In this document: in pieces, positions 25,101 to 38,882 of the stretch
How positions within the stretch are numbered: position 1 is the first letter of the stretch
How the letters are laid out: the number at the start of each line of letters is the position of its first letter
DNA from: an uncultured Gemmataceae bacterium
GTDB taxonomy: Bacteria; Planctomycetota; Planctomycetia; Gemmatales; Gemmataceae
Length of the DNA: 64,000 nucleotides
Reading direction: 5' to 3'
Assembly (NCBI GenBank): GCA_963750165.1
Contig: CAVVPN010000003.1
Span: 3,200,001-3,264,000, forward strand
The notes under the pieces: model-generated
What the model was told of the DNA's origin: nothing
Seen by the model: only the letters and a program-made list of their open reading frames with translations
The model's database searches: none
Made by a program: the position numbers and the translations under genes

Positions 25101-28100
25101 TGACCAGCACGATCACCGGCACCAGCGGCACCATCGCCGTCAGCGCCGCGGCGGCCACGCACTTCAGCGTCAGCGCTCCCAGCAGCGCCACGGCGGGCAG
25201 CGCCTTCAACGTCACGGTGACGGCGCAGGACGCCTTCAACAACACCGCCACCGGCTACAGCGGCACCGTCCACTTCACCAGCACGGACGGTAGTGCCACG
25301 CTGCCGGTCAACAATACGCTCACCAACGGCGTCGGCACCTTCAGTGCCACCCTGCAGACGGCCGGCAACCAGACGTTGACCGCCACCGATACGGTGACCA
25401 GCACGATCACCGGCACCAGCAACACGATCACGGTCAGCACCTTCCCCGCTACGCACTTCGCCGTCAGCGCCCCGAGCAGCGCCACGGCGGGCAGCGCCTT
25501 CACCTTCACGGTCACGGCCCTGGACGCCAGCAACAACCCGACCACAGGGTACAGTGGCACGGTGCATTTCGCCAGCAGCGACGGCCAGGCGGTGTTGCCG
25601 GCAGACACCACCCTGACGAACGGCACCGGCACCTTCAGCGTCACGCTCAAGACGGCCGGCAGCCAGACCCTCACGGCCACCGACACCACTACCAGCACGA
25701 TCACCGGCACCAGCGCCGCCATCGCCGTCAGCGCCGCCGCCGCCACCCACTTCAGCGTCACCGCCCCGGCCACGGCCACGGCGGGCAGCGCCTTCAACTT
25801 CACGGTGACGGCGCAGGATGCCTTCAACAACGCCGCCACGGGCTATACCGGCACCGTCCACTTCACCAGCAGCGACGGCCAGGCCGTCCTGCCCGCCAAT
25901 AGCACCCTGACCAACGGCACCGGCACCTTCAGCGTCACGCTCAAGACGGCCGGCAACCAGACCGTGACCGCCACCGATACGGTGACCAGCACGATCACCG
26001 GCACCAGCGCCGCCATCGCCGTCAGCGCCGCCGCCGCCACCCACTTCAGCGTCACCGCCCCGGCCACGGCCACGGCGGGCAGCGCCTTCAACTTCACGGT
26101 GACGGCGCAGGATGCCTTCAACAACACGGCGACGGGCTACAGCGGCACCGTCCACTTCACCAGCTCCGATGGCCAGGCGGTGCTGCCGGCCAACAGCACG
26201 CTGACCAGCGGTGTCGGCACCTTCAGCGTCACCCTCAAAACCGCCGGCAACCAGACGATTACGGCCACCGATACGGTGACCAGCACGATCACCGGTACCA
26301 GCGCCGCCATCGCCGTCAGTGCCGCGGCGGCCACGCACTTCAGCGTCACTGCTCCGGCCACGGCCACGGCGGGCAGCGCCTTCAACTTCACGGTGACGGC
26401 GCAGGATGCCTTCAACAACGCCGCCACGGGCTACAGCGGCACCGTCCACTTCACCAGCAGCGATGGCCAGGCCGTCCTGCCCGCCAATAGCACGCTGACC
26501 AACGGCACCGGCACCTTCAGCGTGACGCTCAAGACCGCCGGCAACCAGACCGTGACCGCCACCGATACGGTCACCAGCACGATCACCGGTACCAGCGCCG
26601 CCATCGCCGTCAGTGCCGCGGCGGCCACGCACTTCACTGTCACGGCCCCGGCCACGGCCACGGCGGGCAGCGCTTTCAACTTCACGGTGACGGCGCAGGA
26701 TGCCTTCAACAACACCGCCACGGGCTACAGCGGCACCGTCCACTTCACCAGCAGCGACGGCCAGGCCGTCCTGCCCGCCAATAGCACCCTGACCAACGGC
26801 ACCGGCACCTTCAGCGTCACCCTCAAAACCGCCGGCAACCAGACGTTGACCGCCACCGATACGGTGACCAGCACGATCACCGGCACCAGCGCCGCCATCG
26901 CCGTCAGCGCCGCCGCCGCCACCCACTTCAGCGTCACTGCTCCGGCCACAGCCACGGCGGGCAGCGCCTTCAACGTTACGGTGACGGGCAGGACGCCTTC
27001 AACAACACCGCCACCAGCTACAGCGGCACCGTCCACTTCACGAGCACGGACGGCCAGGCGGTGCTGCCGGCGAACAGCACGCTGACCAACGGCACCGGCA
27101 CCTTCAGCGTCACGCTCAAGACCGCCGGCAACCAGACCGTGACCGCCACCGATACGGTGACCAGCACGATCACCGGCACCAGCGCCGCCATCGCCGTCAG
27201 CGCCGCCGCCGCCACCCACTTCAGCGTCACTGCTCCGGCCACAGCCACGGCGGGCAGCGCCTTCAACTTCACGGTGACGGCGCAGGATGCCTTCAACAAC
27301 GCCGCCACGGGCTACAGCGGCACCGTCCACTTCACCAGCAGCGACGGCCAGGCCGTCCTGCCCGCCAATAGCACCCTGACCAACGGCACCGGCACCTTCA
27401 GCGTGACGCTCAAGACCGCCGGCAACCAGACCGTGACCGCCACCGATACGGTCACCAGCACGATCACCGGTACCAGCGCCGCCATCGCCGTCAGTGCCGC
27501 GGCGGCCACGCACTTCACTGTCACGGCCCCGGCCACGGCCACGGCGGGCAGCGCTTTCAACTTCACGGTGACGGCGCAGGATGCCTTCAACAACACCGCC
27601 ACGGGCTACAGCGGCACCGTCCACTTCACCAGCAGCGACGGCCAGGCCGTCCTGCCCGCCAATAGCACCCTGACCAACGGCACCGGCACCTTCAGCGTCA
27701 CCCTCAAAACCGCCGGCAACCAGACGTTGACCGCCACCGATACGGTGACCAGCACGATCACCGGCACCAGCGCCGCCATCGCCGTCAGTGCCGCGGCGGC
27801 CACGCACTTCAGCGTCACGGCTCCGGCCACGGCCACGGCGGGCAGCGCCTTCAACGTCACGGTGACGGCGCAGGATGCCTTCAACAACGCCGCCACGGGC
27901 TACAGCGGCACCGTCCACTTCACCAGCAGCGATGGCCAGGCCGTCCTGCCCGCCAATAGCACGCTGACCAACGGCACCGGCACCTTCAGCGTGACGCTCA
28001 AGACCGCCGGCAACCAGACCGTGACCGCCACCGATACGGTCACCAGCACGATCACCGGTACCAGCGCCGCCATCGCCGTCAGTGCCGCGGCGGCCACGCA

Positions 28101-31100
28101 CTTCACTGTCACGGCTCCGGCCACGGCCACGGCGGGCAGCGCTTTCAACTTCACGGTGACGGCGCAGGATGCCTTCAACAACACCGCCACGGGCTACAGC
28201 GGCACCGTCCACTTCACCAGCAGCGACGGCCAGGCCGTCCTGCCCGCCAATAGCACCCTGACCAACGGCACCGGCACCTTCAGCGTCACCCTCAAAACCG
28301 CCGGCAACCAGACGTTGACCGCCACCGATACGGTGACCAGCACGATCACCGGCACCAGCGCCGCCATCGCCGTCAGTGCCGCGGCGGCCACGCACTTCAG
28401 CGTCACGGCTCCGGCCACGGCCACGGCGGGCAGCGCCTTCAACTTCACGGTGACGGCGCAGGATGCCTTCAACAACGCCGCCACGGGCTACAGCGGCACC
28501 GTCCACTTCACCAGCAGCGATGGCCAGGCCGTCCTGCCCGCCAATAGCACCCTGACCAACGGCACCGGCACCTTCAGCGTGACGCTCAAGACCGCCGGCA
28601 ACCAGACCGTGACCGCCACCGATACGGTGACCAGCACGATCACCGGCACCAGCGCCGCCATCGCCGTCAGCGCCGCCGCCGCCACCCACTTCAGCGTCAC
28701 TGCTCCGGCCACAGCCACGGCGGGCAGCGCCTTCAACGTTACGGTGACGGCGCAGGACGCCTTCAACAACACCGCCACCAGCTACAGCGGCACCGTCCAC
28801 TTCACGAGCACGGACGGCCAGGCGGTGCTGCCGGCCAACAGCACGCTGACCAACGGCACCGGCACCTTCAGCGTGACGCTCAAGACCGCCGGCAACCAGA
28901 CGCTGACCGCCACCGACACGGTGACCAGCACGATCACCGGCACCAGCGGCACCATCGCCGTCAGCGCCGCCGCCGCCACCCACTTCAGCGTCAGCGCTCC
29001 CAGCAGCGCCACGGCGGGCAGCGCCTTCAACGTCACGGTGACGGCGCAGGACGCCTTCAACAACACCGCCACCGGCTACAGCGGCACCGTCCACTTCACC
29101 AGCACGGACGGTAGTGCCACGCTGCCGGTCAACAATACGCTCACCAACGGCGTCGGCACCTTCAGTGCCACCCTGCAGACGGCCGGCAACCAGACGTTGA
29201 CCGCCACCGATACGGTGACCAGCACGATCACCGGCACCAGCAACACGATCACGGTCAGCACCTTCCCCGCTACGCACTTCGCCGTCAGCGCCCCGAGCAG
29301 CGCCACGGCGGGCAGCGCCTTCACCTTCACGGTCACGGCCCTGGACGCCAGCAACAACCCGACCACAGGGTACAGTGGCACGGTGCATTTCGCCAGCAGC
29401 GACGGCCAGGCGGTGCTGCCGGCGAACAGCACGCTGACCAACGGCACCGGCACCTTCAGCGTCACGCTCAAGACGGCCGGCAGCCAGACCCTCACGGCCA
29501 CCGATACGGTCACCAGCACGATCACCGGCACCAGCGCCGCCATCGCCGTCAGCGCCGCCGCCGCCACCCACTTCAGCGTCACCGCCCCCAGCAGTGCCAC
29601 GGCGGGCAGCGCCTTCAACTTCACGGTGACGGCGCTGGACGCCTTCAACAACACGGCGACGGGCTACAGCAGCACCGTCCACTTCACCAGCACGGACGGC
29701 CAGGCCGTGCTGCCCGCCAATAGCACCCTGACCAACGGCACCGGCACCTTCAGCGTGACGCTCAAGACCGCCGGTAGCCAGACCCTGACGGCCACCGACA
29801 CGGTGACCAGCACGATCACCGGTACCAGCGCCGCCATCGCCGTCAGCGCCGCCGCCGCCACCCACTTCAGCGTCAGCGCCCCGGCCACGGCCACGGCGGG
29901 CAGCGCTTTCAACTTCACGGTGACGGCGCAGGACGCCTTCAACAACACCGCCAGTGGCTACAGCGGCACCGTCCACTTCACCAGCAGTGACGGCCAGGCC
30001 GTCCTGCCCGCCAATAGCACCCTGACCAACGGCACCGGCACCTTCAGCGTGACGCTCAAGACCGCCGGCAACCAGACCGTGACCGCCACCGATACGGTGA
30101 CCAGCACGATCACCGGCACCAGCGCCGCCATCGCCGTCAGTGCCGCGGCGGCCACGCACTTCAGCGTCACGGCTCCGGCCACGGCCACGGCGGGCAGCGC
30201 CTTCACCTTCACGGTGACGGCGCAGGACCAGTTCAATAACACGGCGACGGGCTACAGCGGCACCGTCCACTTCACCAGCAGTGACGGCCAGGCCGTGCTG
30301 CCGGCGAACAGCACGCTGACCAACGGCACCGGCACCTTCAGCGTGACGCTCAAGACCGCTGGCAACCAGACCGTGACCGCCACCGACACGGTGACCAGCA
30401 CGATCACCGGTACCAGCGCCGCCATCGCCGTCAGTGCCGCGGCGGCCACGCACTTCAGCGTCACTGCTCCGGCCACGGCCACGGCGGGCAGCGCCTTCAA
30501 CTTCACGGTGACGGCGCAGGATGCCTTCAACAACGCCGCCACGGGCTATACCGGCACCGTCCACTTCACCAGCAGCGACGGCCAGGCCGTCCTGCCCGCC
30601 AATAGCACCCTGACCAACGGCACCGGCACCTTCAGCGTCACGCTCAAGACGGCCGGCAACCAGACGTTGACCGCCACCGATACGGTGACCAGCACGATCA
30701 CCGGCACCAGCGCCGCCATCGCCGTCAGTGCCGCGGCGGCCACGCACTTCAGCGTCACGGCTCCGGCCACGGCCACGGCGGGCAGCGCCTTCACCTTCAC
30801 GGTGACGGCGCAGGACCAGTTCAATAACACGGCGACGGGCTACAGCGGCACCGTCCACTTCACCAGCAGTGACGGCCAGGCCGTGCTGCCGGCGAACAGC
30901 ACGCTGACCAACGGCACCGGCACCTTCAGCGTGACGCTCAAGACCGCTGGCAACCAGACCGTGACCGCCACCGATACGGTGACCAGCAGCATCACCGGTA
31001 CCAGCGCCGCCATCGCCGTCAGTGCCGCGGCGGCCACGCACTTCAGCGTCACTGCTCCGGCCACGGCCACGGCGGGCAGCGCCTTCAACTTCACGGTGAC

Positions 31101-34100
31101 GGCGCAGGATGCCTTCAACAACGCCGCCACGGGCTACAGCGGCACCGTCCACTTCACCAGTAGCGATGGTCAGGCGGTGCTGCCGGCTAATAGTACGCTC
31201 ACCAGCGGTGTCGGCACCTTCAGCGTCACGCTCAAGACGGCCGGCAACCAGACGATTACGGCCACCGATACGGTGACCAGCACGATCACCGGCACCAGCA
31301 GCGCCATCACGGTCAGCGCCGCCGCCGCCACGCACTTCAGCGTCACGGCTCCGGCCACGGCCACGGCGGGCAGCGCCTTCACCTTCACGGTGACGGCGCA
31401 GGACGCCTTCAACAACACCGCCACGGGCTACAGCGGCACCGTCCACTTCACCAGCTCCGATGGCCAGGCGGTGCTGCCGGCGAACAGCACGCTGACCAAC
31501 GGCACCGGCACCTTCAGCGTGACGCTCAAGACCGCTGGCAACCAGACCGTGACCGCCACCGACACGGTGACCAGCACGATCACCGGCACCAGCGCCGCCA
31601 TCGCCGTCAGCGCCGCCGCCGCCACCCACTTCACCGTCACTGCTCCGTCCACGGCCACGGCGGGCAGCGCCTTCAACTTTACAGTGACGGCCCTGGACGC
31701 CTTCAACAACACCGCCACGGGCTACAGCGGCACCGTCCACTTCACCAGTAGCGACGGCCAGGCCGTCCTGCCCGCCAATAGCACCCTGACCAACGGCACC
31801 GGCACCTTCAGCGTGACGCTCAAGACCGCTGGCAACCAGACGCTCACGGCCACCGACACGGTGACCAGCACGATCACCGGCACCAGCAGCGCCATCACGG
31901 TCAGCGCCGCCGCCGCCACCCACTTCAGCGTCACCGCCCCGGCCACGGCCACCGCCGGGACGGCGTTCAGCGTGACGGTGACAGCGCAGGACGCCTTCAA
32001 CAACACGGCCACGGGCTACACCGGCACCGTCCACTTCACCAGTAGCGACGTCCAGGCCGTGCTGCCCGCCAATAGCACCCTGACCAACGGCACCGGTACC
32101 TTCAGCGTGACGCTCAAGACCGCTGGCAACCAGACCGTGACCGCCACCGACACGGTGACCAGCACGATCACCGGCACCAGCGCCGCCATCACCGTCAGCG
32201 CCGCCGCCGCCACGCACTTCAGCGTCACTGCTCCGTCCACGGCCACGGCGGGCAGCGCCTTCAACTTTACAGTGACGGCCCTGGACGCCTTCAACAACAC
32301 CGCCACGGGCTACAGCGGCACCGTCCACTTCATCAGTAGCGACGGCCAGGCCGTGCTGCCGGCTAATAGTACGCTCACCAGCGGTGTCGGCACCTTCAGC
32401 GTCACGCTCAAGACCGCTGGCAACCAGACCCTGACGGCCACTGATACGGCGACCAGCACGATCACCGGCACCAGCGCCGCCATCGCCGTCAGCGCCGCCG
32501 CCGCCACCCACTTCAGCGTCACCGCCCCGGCCACGGCCACGGCGGGCAGCGCTTTCAACTTCACCGTGACGGCGCAGGACCAGTTCAATAACACGGCGAC
32601 GGGCTACAGCGGCACCGTCCACTTCACCAGCAGTGACGGTCAGGCCGTGCTGCCGGCGGACGCCACCCTGACCAGCGGCACCAGCACCTTCAGCGCCACG
32701 CTCAAGACGGCCGGCAGCCAGACGCTCACGGCCACCGACACCACTACCAGCACGATCACCGGCACCAGCGCCGCCATCACGGTCAGCGCCGCCGCCGCCA
32801 CGCACTTCAGCGTCACTGCTCCGGCCACGGCCACGGCGGGCAGCGCCTTCAACTTCACGGTGACGGCGCAGGACGCCTTCAACAACACCGCCACGGGCTA
32901 CAGCGGCACCGTCCACTTCACCAGCAGTGACGGTCAGGCCGTGCTGCCGGCGGACGCCACCCTGACCAACGGCACCAGCACCTTCAGCGTCACGCTCAAG
33001 ACGGCCGGCAGCCAGACCCTCACGGCCACCGACACCACTACCAGCACGATCACCGGCACCAGCGCCGCCATCACGGTCAGCGCCGCCGCCGCCACGCACT
33101 TCAGCGTCACTGCTCCGGCCACGGCCACGGCGGGCAGCGCCTTCAACTTTACGGTGACGGCGCAGGACGCCTTCAACAACACCGCCAGTGGCTACAGCGG
33201 CACCGTCCACTTCACCAGCAGCGACGGCCAGGCCGTGCTGCCGGCGGACGCCACCCTGACCAACGGCACCGGCACCTTCAGCGTCACGCTCAAGACGGCC
33301 GGCAACCAGACGCTCACGGCCACCGACACGGTGACCAGCACGATCACCGGCACCAGCGCCGCCATCGCCGTCAGCGCCGCCGCCGCCACGCACTTCAGCG
33401 TCACGGCTCCGGCCACGGCCACGGCGGGCAGCGCCTTCAACTTCACGGTGACGGCGCAGGACGCCTTCAACAACACCGCCACGGGCTACAGCGGCACCGT
33501 CCACTTCACCAGCAGTGACGGTCAGGCCGTGCTGCCGGCGGACGCCACCCTGACCAACGGCACCAGCACCTTCAGCGTCACGCTCAAGACGGCCGGCAAC
33601 CAGACCCTCACGGCCACCGACACCACTACCAGCACGATCACCGGCACCAGCGCCGCCATCGCCGTCAGCGCCGCCGCCGCCACGCACTTCAGCGTCACCG
33701 CCCCGGCCCCGGCCACGGCGGGCAGCGCTTTCAACTTCACGGTGACGGCGCAGGACGCCTTCAACAACACGGCCACGGGCTACACCGGCACCGTCCACTT
33801 CACCAGCAGTGACGGTCAGGCGGTGCTGCCGGCGGACGCCACCCTGACCAACGGCACCGGCACCTTCAGCGTGACGCTCAAGACCGCTGGCAACCAGACC
33901 CTGACGGCCACCGATACGGTGACCAGCACGATCACCGGCACCAGCGCCGCCATCGCCGTCAGCGCCGCCGCCGCCACCCACTTCACCGTCACTGCTCCGT
34001 CCACGGCCACGGCGGGCAGCGCCTTCAACTTCACGGTGACGGCGCAGGACGCCTTCAACAACACCGCCACGGGCTACAGCGGCACCGTCCACTTCACCAG

Positions 34101-37100
34101 CAGTGACGGCCAGGCCGTGCTGCCGGCGAACAGCACGCTGACCAACGGCACCGGCACCTTCAGCGTGACGCTCAAGACCGCTGGCAACCAGACCCTCACG
34201 GCCACCGACACCACTACCAGCACGATCACCGGCACCAGCGCCGCCATCGCCGTCAGCGCCGCCGCCGCCACGCACTTCAGCGTCACGGCTCCGGCCACGG
34301 CCACGGCGGGCAGCGCTTTCAACTTCACCGTGACGGCGCAGGACCAGTTCAATAACACGGCGACGGGCTACGGCGGCACCGTCCACTTCACCAGCAGTGA
34401 CGGCCAGGCCGTGCTGCCGGCGGACGCCACCCTGACCAACGGCACCAGCACCTTCAGCGCCACGCTCAAGACGGCCGGCAACCAGACCCTGACGGCCACC
34501 GACACGGTCACCAGCACGATCACCGGCACCAGCGCCGCCATCGCCGTCAGCGCCGCCGCCGCCACGCACTTCAGCGTCACGGCTCCGGCCACGGCCACGG
34601 CGGGCAGCGCTTTCAACTTCACCGTGACGGCGCAGGACGCCTTCAACAACACCGCCAGTGGCTACAGCGGCACCGTCCACTTCACCAGCAGCGACGGCCA
34701 GGCCGTGCTGCCGGCGGACGCCACCCTGACCAGCGGCACTGGTACTTTCACCGTCACCCTCAGGACGGGCGGCAACCAGACGCTTACCGCCACCGACACG
34801 GTCACCAGCACGATCACCGGCACCAGCGCCGCCATCAGCGTCAGTGCCGCGGCGGCCACGCACTTCAGCGTCACCGCCCCGGCCCCGGCCACGGCGGGCA
34901 GCGCTTTCAACTTCACGGTGACGGCGCAGGACGCCTTCAACAACACGGCCACGGGCTACACCGGCACCGTCCACTTCACCAGCAGTGACGGTCAGGCCGT
35001 GCTGCCGGCGGACGCCACCCTGACCAACGGCACCGGCACCTTCAGCGTGACGCTCAAGACCGCTGGCAACCAGACGCTTACCGCCACCGACACGGTCACC
35101 AGCACGATCACCGGCACCAGCGCCGCCATCAGCGTCAGTGCCGCGGCGGCCACGCACTTCAGCGTCACTGCTCCGGCCACGGCCACGGCGGGCAGCGCCT
35201 TCAACTTCACGGTGACGGCGCTGGACCAGTTCAACAACACCGCCAGTGGCTACACTGGCACGGTGCATTTCACCAGCACCGACGGCCAGGCCGTGCTGCC
35301 CGCCGACAGCACCTTGACCAACGGCACTGGTACCTTCAGCGCCACGCTTGAGACCGCTGGCAGCCAGACGCTGACCGCCACCGATACGACCTCCAGCAGC
35401 ATCACCGGCACCAGCGCCGCCGTCACGGTCAGCGCCGCCGCCGCCACCCACTTCAGCGTCACCGCCCCGGCCACGACCACCGCCGGGACGGCGTTCACCT
35501 TCACCGTGACGGCGCAGGATGCCTTCAACAACACCGCCACGGGCTACAGCGGCACCGTCCACTTCACCAGCAGCGACGGCAGCGCCGTACTGCCGGCGGA
35601 CACCACTTTGACCAGCGGCACTGGTACTTTCACCGTCACCCTCAAGACTGCCGGCAATCAAACGATTACCGCCACCGACACCGTCACCAGCACGATCACC
35701 GGCACCAGCGCCGCCATCGCCGTCAGCGCCGCCGCCGCCACCCACTTCGCCGTCAGCGCTCCGAGCAACGCCACGGCGGGTGGCGCCTTCAACTTCACGG
35801 TCACGGCCCTGGATCCGTTCAACAACACGGACACGAGCTACACCGGCACGGTGCATTTCACCAGCAGCGACGGCCAGGCGGTATTGCCCGCCGACAGCAC
35901 CTTGACCAACGGCGCTGGCACCTTCAGCGCCACGCTCAAGACCGCTGGCAGCCAGACGCTGACCGCCACCGATACGACCTCCAGCAGCATCACCGGCACC
36001 AGCGCCGCCGTCACGGTCAGCGCCGCGGCGGCCACGCACTTTAGCGTCACCGCCCCGGCCACGGCCACGGCCGGGATCGCCGCCAGCTTCACGGTCACGG
36101 CCCTGGACCCGTTCAACAACACGGACACGGGCTACGGCGGCACCGTCCACTTCACCAGCAGCGACGGCCAGGCGGTGCTACCGGCCGACACGACGCTGAC
36201 CAACGGCACCGGCACGTTTAACGTCACGTTCCAGACGGCGGGCAGCCAGACGCTGACCGCCACTGACACGGTCACCAGCAGCATCACCGGCACCAGCGCC
36301 GCCGTCACGGTCAGCGCTGCGAAAGCCACGCACTTCAGCGTCAGTGCCCCGAGCAATGCCACCGCGGGCAGCGCCTTCAGCTTCACGGTCACGGCCCTGG
36401 ATCCGTTCAACAACACCGCCACCGGCTACACCGGCACGGTGCATTTCACCAGCAGCGACGGCCAGGCCGCCCTGCCCGCCGACAGCACCTTGACCAACGG
36501 CACCGGCACCTTCAGCGCCACCCTCAAGACCGCCGGCAGTCAGGCCCTCACCGCCACCGACACGGTGACCAGCAGCATCACCGGCAGCAGTGGCACCGTC
36601 AACGTGAGCCCCGCCGCCGCCAGCCACTTCAGCGTCAGCGCCCCGGCCGCGGCCACGGCGGGCAGCGCCTTCACCTTCACGGTCACGGCCCTGGACGCCT
36701 TCAACAACACCGCCACCGACTACACCGGCACCGTCCACTTCACCAGCTCCGACACCGCCGCCACCCTGCCGGCGGACGCCACCCTGACCAGCGGCACCGG
36801 CACCTTCAGCGCCACCCTGCAGACGGTCGGCGCCCAGACGCTGACCGCCACCGACACCGTGACCAGCAGCCTCACCGGCACCAGCGCCGCCGTCACGGTC
36901 AGCAGCACCAACCCCAACACCACCTTCCTGGAAAACGCCTACCTGGACCTGCTCGGCCGGCCCATCGACCCGGTCGGCCTGTCGTACTGGTCGTCCGTCC
37001 TCGATCAGGGCTACTCCCGCACCTACGTCCTCGCGGGCATCCAGGCCAGCAACGAGTACAAGACGGATCTCGTCAATAAACTGTTCACGCAACTGCTCGG

Positions 37101-38834
37101 CCGCGCCGCCGACGCCACCGACGTGGCCAACTGGGTGTTGTTCCTCAACCAGGGCGGCACCGTGGAAGAACTCAAGGCGGGCATCATGGGCAGCGCCGAG
37201 TTCCTGGCCCACAACGGCGGCACCGACACCGGCTTCCTGCAGGGCGTCTACCAGGCCGCCCTCGGCCGCACTGGCTCCACGACCGAGCAGGCCGGCTGGC
37301 TAGCGGAACTGACGGCCGGGAACTCGCAGTACGACGTCGCGCTGCAAATCCTGACCACTCCCGAGGCCTACCAGTTCTACGTCAAGAGCGAGTTCGCCAG
37401 CCTGCCGCACGCCACCGCCCCCGCCAGCTCTGCCAGCCAGTACGTCACCCTGCTCCAGCAGGGGGTGCGCGACGAGTCCATCGTCGCTGGCATCTTCATC
37501 AACAACCTGGCCGGCTCGGCCAATTACGACGCGATCACCAAGACCGTGGCCTCCAGCAGCACGCCGCCGGACACGGGAAATGGCTTCCTGGCGCAGGTCT
37601 ACCAGGACGTGCTGGGCCGGGCCATCGACGCGACCGGTCTGGCGAGCTGGTCGCCGCTGCTCGACGAGGGCATCTCCCACCAGGACGTGGCGGCGGACAT
37701 CCTGGCCACACCGGAGGCGAACACGCACCTGGTGCAGGGGCTGTATACGCAGTTGCTGGGCCGGCCGGCGGACCCGACGGGCCTGGCGGGCTGGGTGGGG
37801 GTGCTGGCGCAGGGCGGGACCGTCGAACAGGTCAAGGCGGGCATCATGGGCACGGACGAGTTCCTGGCCCACAACGGCGGCACCGACACCGGCTTCCTGC
37901 AGGGCGTCTACCAGGCCGCCCTCGGCCGCTCCGCCTCCGCCAGCGAGTTGGCCAACTGGCAACAATTGCTGAACGCCGGCACGTCGCGTTCCAGCGTCGC
38001 GTTGTTTATCCTGACCTCCGACGAGGCCCACGGTTACCTGGTGCAGACCTACTACCAGGACCTGCTGTTCCGCGACGGCCAGAGCGCCGAGGTGATCGGC
38101 AACGCCCTGGCCCTGAAGGGAATCGGGACCGACCAGTCGGTCGAGGCCGCGGTGCTGGGCTCGGCGGAGTATCTCTCCTACACCGACAGCAGCACGCTGA
38201 ACAATCCGGTGCTGTCCACGGAGTCTGCCTTCCTGGGGCAGTTGTACCAGGACGAACTGGGGCGGGCGATCAATGCGTCGGAGGAGGCGGGCTGGTCGTC
38301 GTTCCTGGCCCAGGGCACCACGCGCGAGATGGTGGCCGAGTCGGTCGTGAACTCGACGGAGGCGCAGACATATCTGGTGCAGGGGCTGTACCAGCAGTTG
38401 CTGGGTCGGGCGGCGGACCCGACCGGGCTGGCCGGTTGGGTGAACGCGCTGGCCGCGGGGGCGACGGTCGAGCAGGTCAAGGCGGGGATCATGGGCAGCG
38501 ACGAGTTCCTGGCGCACAACGGCGGCACCGACACCGGTTTCCTGCAGGGCGTCTACCAGGCGGCCCTCGGCCGCTCCGCCTCCGCCGCCGAACTGGCCGG
38601 TTGGCAGCAACAGTTGGCGGCGGGTACGTCGCGGACGAGTGTCGCCCTGCAGATTCTGACCACCACGGAGGGCCGCGGCTACCTGGTGAGCAGCCTCTAC
38701 CAGTCCCTGCTGCACCGCACTCCCAACCCCACCGAGCAGCGCAGGGGGCCGCCGCCCTCCAGAGCGGCGCCACCGACCAGGTGCTGGAGACGGCCATCCT
38801 CTCGTCGCGGGAATTCGACGTGAACCTGCAATGA
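19199..38834 (+). CDS. Giant scaffoldin-like surface protein: LEPR-XLL-type leader, 6 cohesin-like domains, ~49 Ig-like 98-aa repeats, C-terminal DUF4214-like domains (two apparent frameshifts)
   Basis: N-terminus RPRKRLGVELLESRVLPA. ORFs 19187..27085 and 27061..38823 join if one C is restored at ~26987 (gtgacgggcaggac versus repeat consensus gtgacggcgcaggac). A second shift at ~38741 gives the tail AQGAAALQSGATDQVLETAILSSREFDVNLQ* ending at 38834. Confidence 0.85.
19322..24560 (+). repeat. Three near-identical ~1.06-kb cohesin-pair cassettes (starts ~19322, ~21266, ~23504) separated by 3 and 4 Ig repeats
   Basis: SAYISMPTNLSANQGTVVTVPV...DTVDGSVQI occurs three times almost identically. Spacings are 1944 and 2238 bp (1944+294). 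Confidence 0.92.
24563..36906 (+). repeat. Tandem array of ~42 x 294-bp (98-aa) Ig-like repeats
   Basis: Unit ATHFSVTAPATATAGSAFNFTVTAQDAFNNTATGYSGTVHFTSSDGQAVLPANSTLTNGTGTFSVTLKTAGNQTLTATDTVTSTITGTSAAIAVSAAA. The span of ~12.34 kb divided by 294 gives 42. Confidence 0.95.
36920..38834 (+). other. DUF4214-like helical repeat region (three units), probable cell-surface anchor
   Basis: Repeated F[LV]xxxYxDxLGRxxDxxGLxxW...S.E motifs and three copies of GIMG[ST]xEFLAHNGGTDTGFLQGVYQAALGR. Confidence 0.75.
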
Positions 38835-38882
38835 CCCGGGCCGGTGTATCACATCCGGCAGACCCTGGAGTTGCGGATTTCC

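Noticed and set aside
24563..36906. Possible CRISPR array or non-coding satellite
   Set aside because: Units are 294 bp with no unique spacers, stay in frame and vary mostly at synonymous sites. No cas genes are present.
1416..37212. Very long minus-strand ORFs (1976, 3149, 2658, 3141 aa) and dozens of 96-aa ORFs
   Set aside because: Antisense shadows of the GC-rich, repetitive plus-strand genes. They have G/A/R/V-rich composition, no motifs, and periodicity that mirrors the 294-bp repeat.
27061..38823. Separate third giant gene
   Set aside because: It starts mid-repeat with no leader, and a single missing base at ~26987 joins it to the upstream ORF.
3..38834. Diversity-generating retroelement acting on the repeats
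   Set aside because: No reverse transcriptase in the window, and repeat differences are not adenine-specific.
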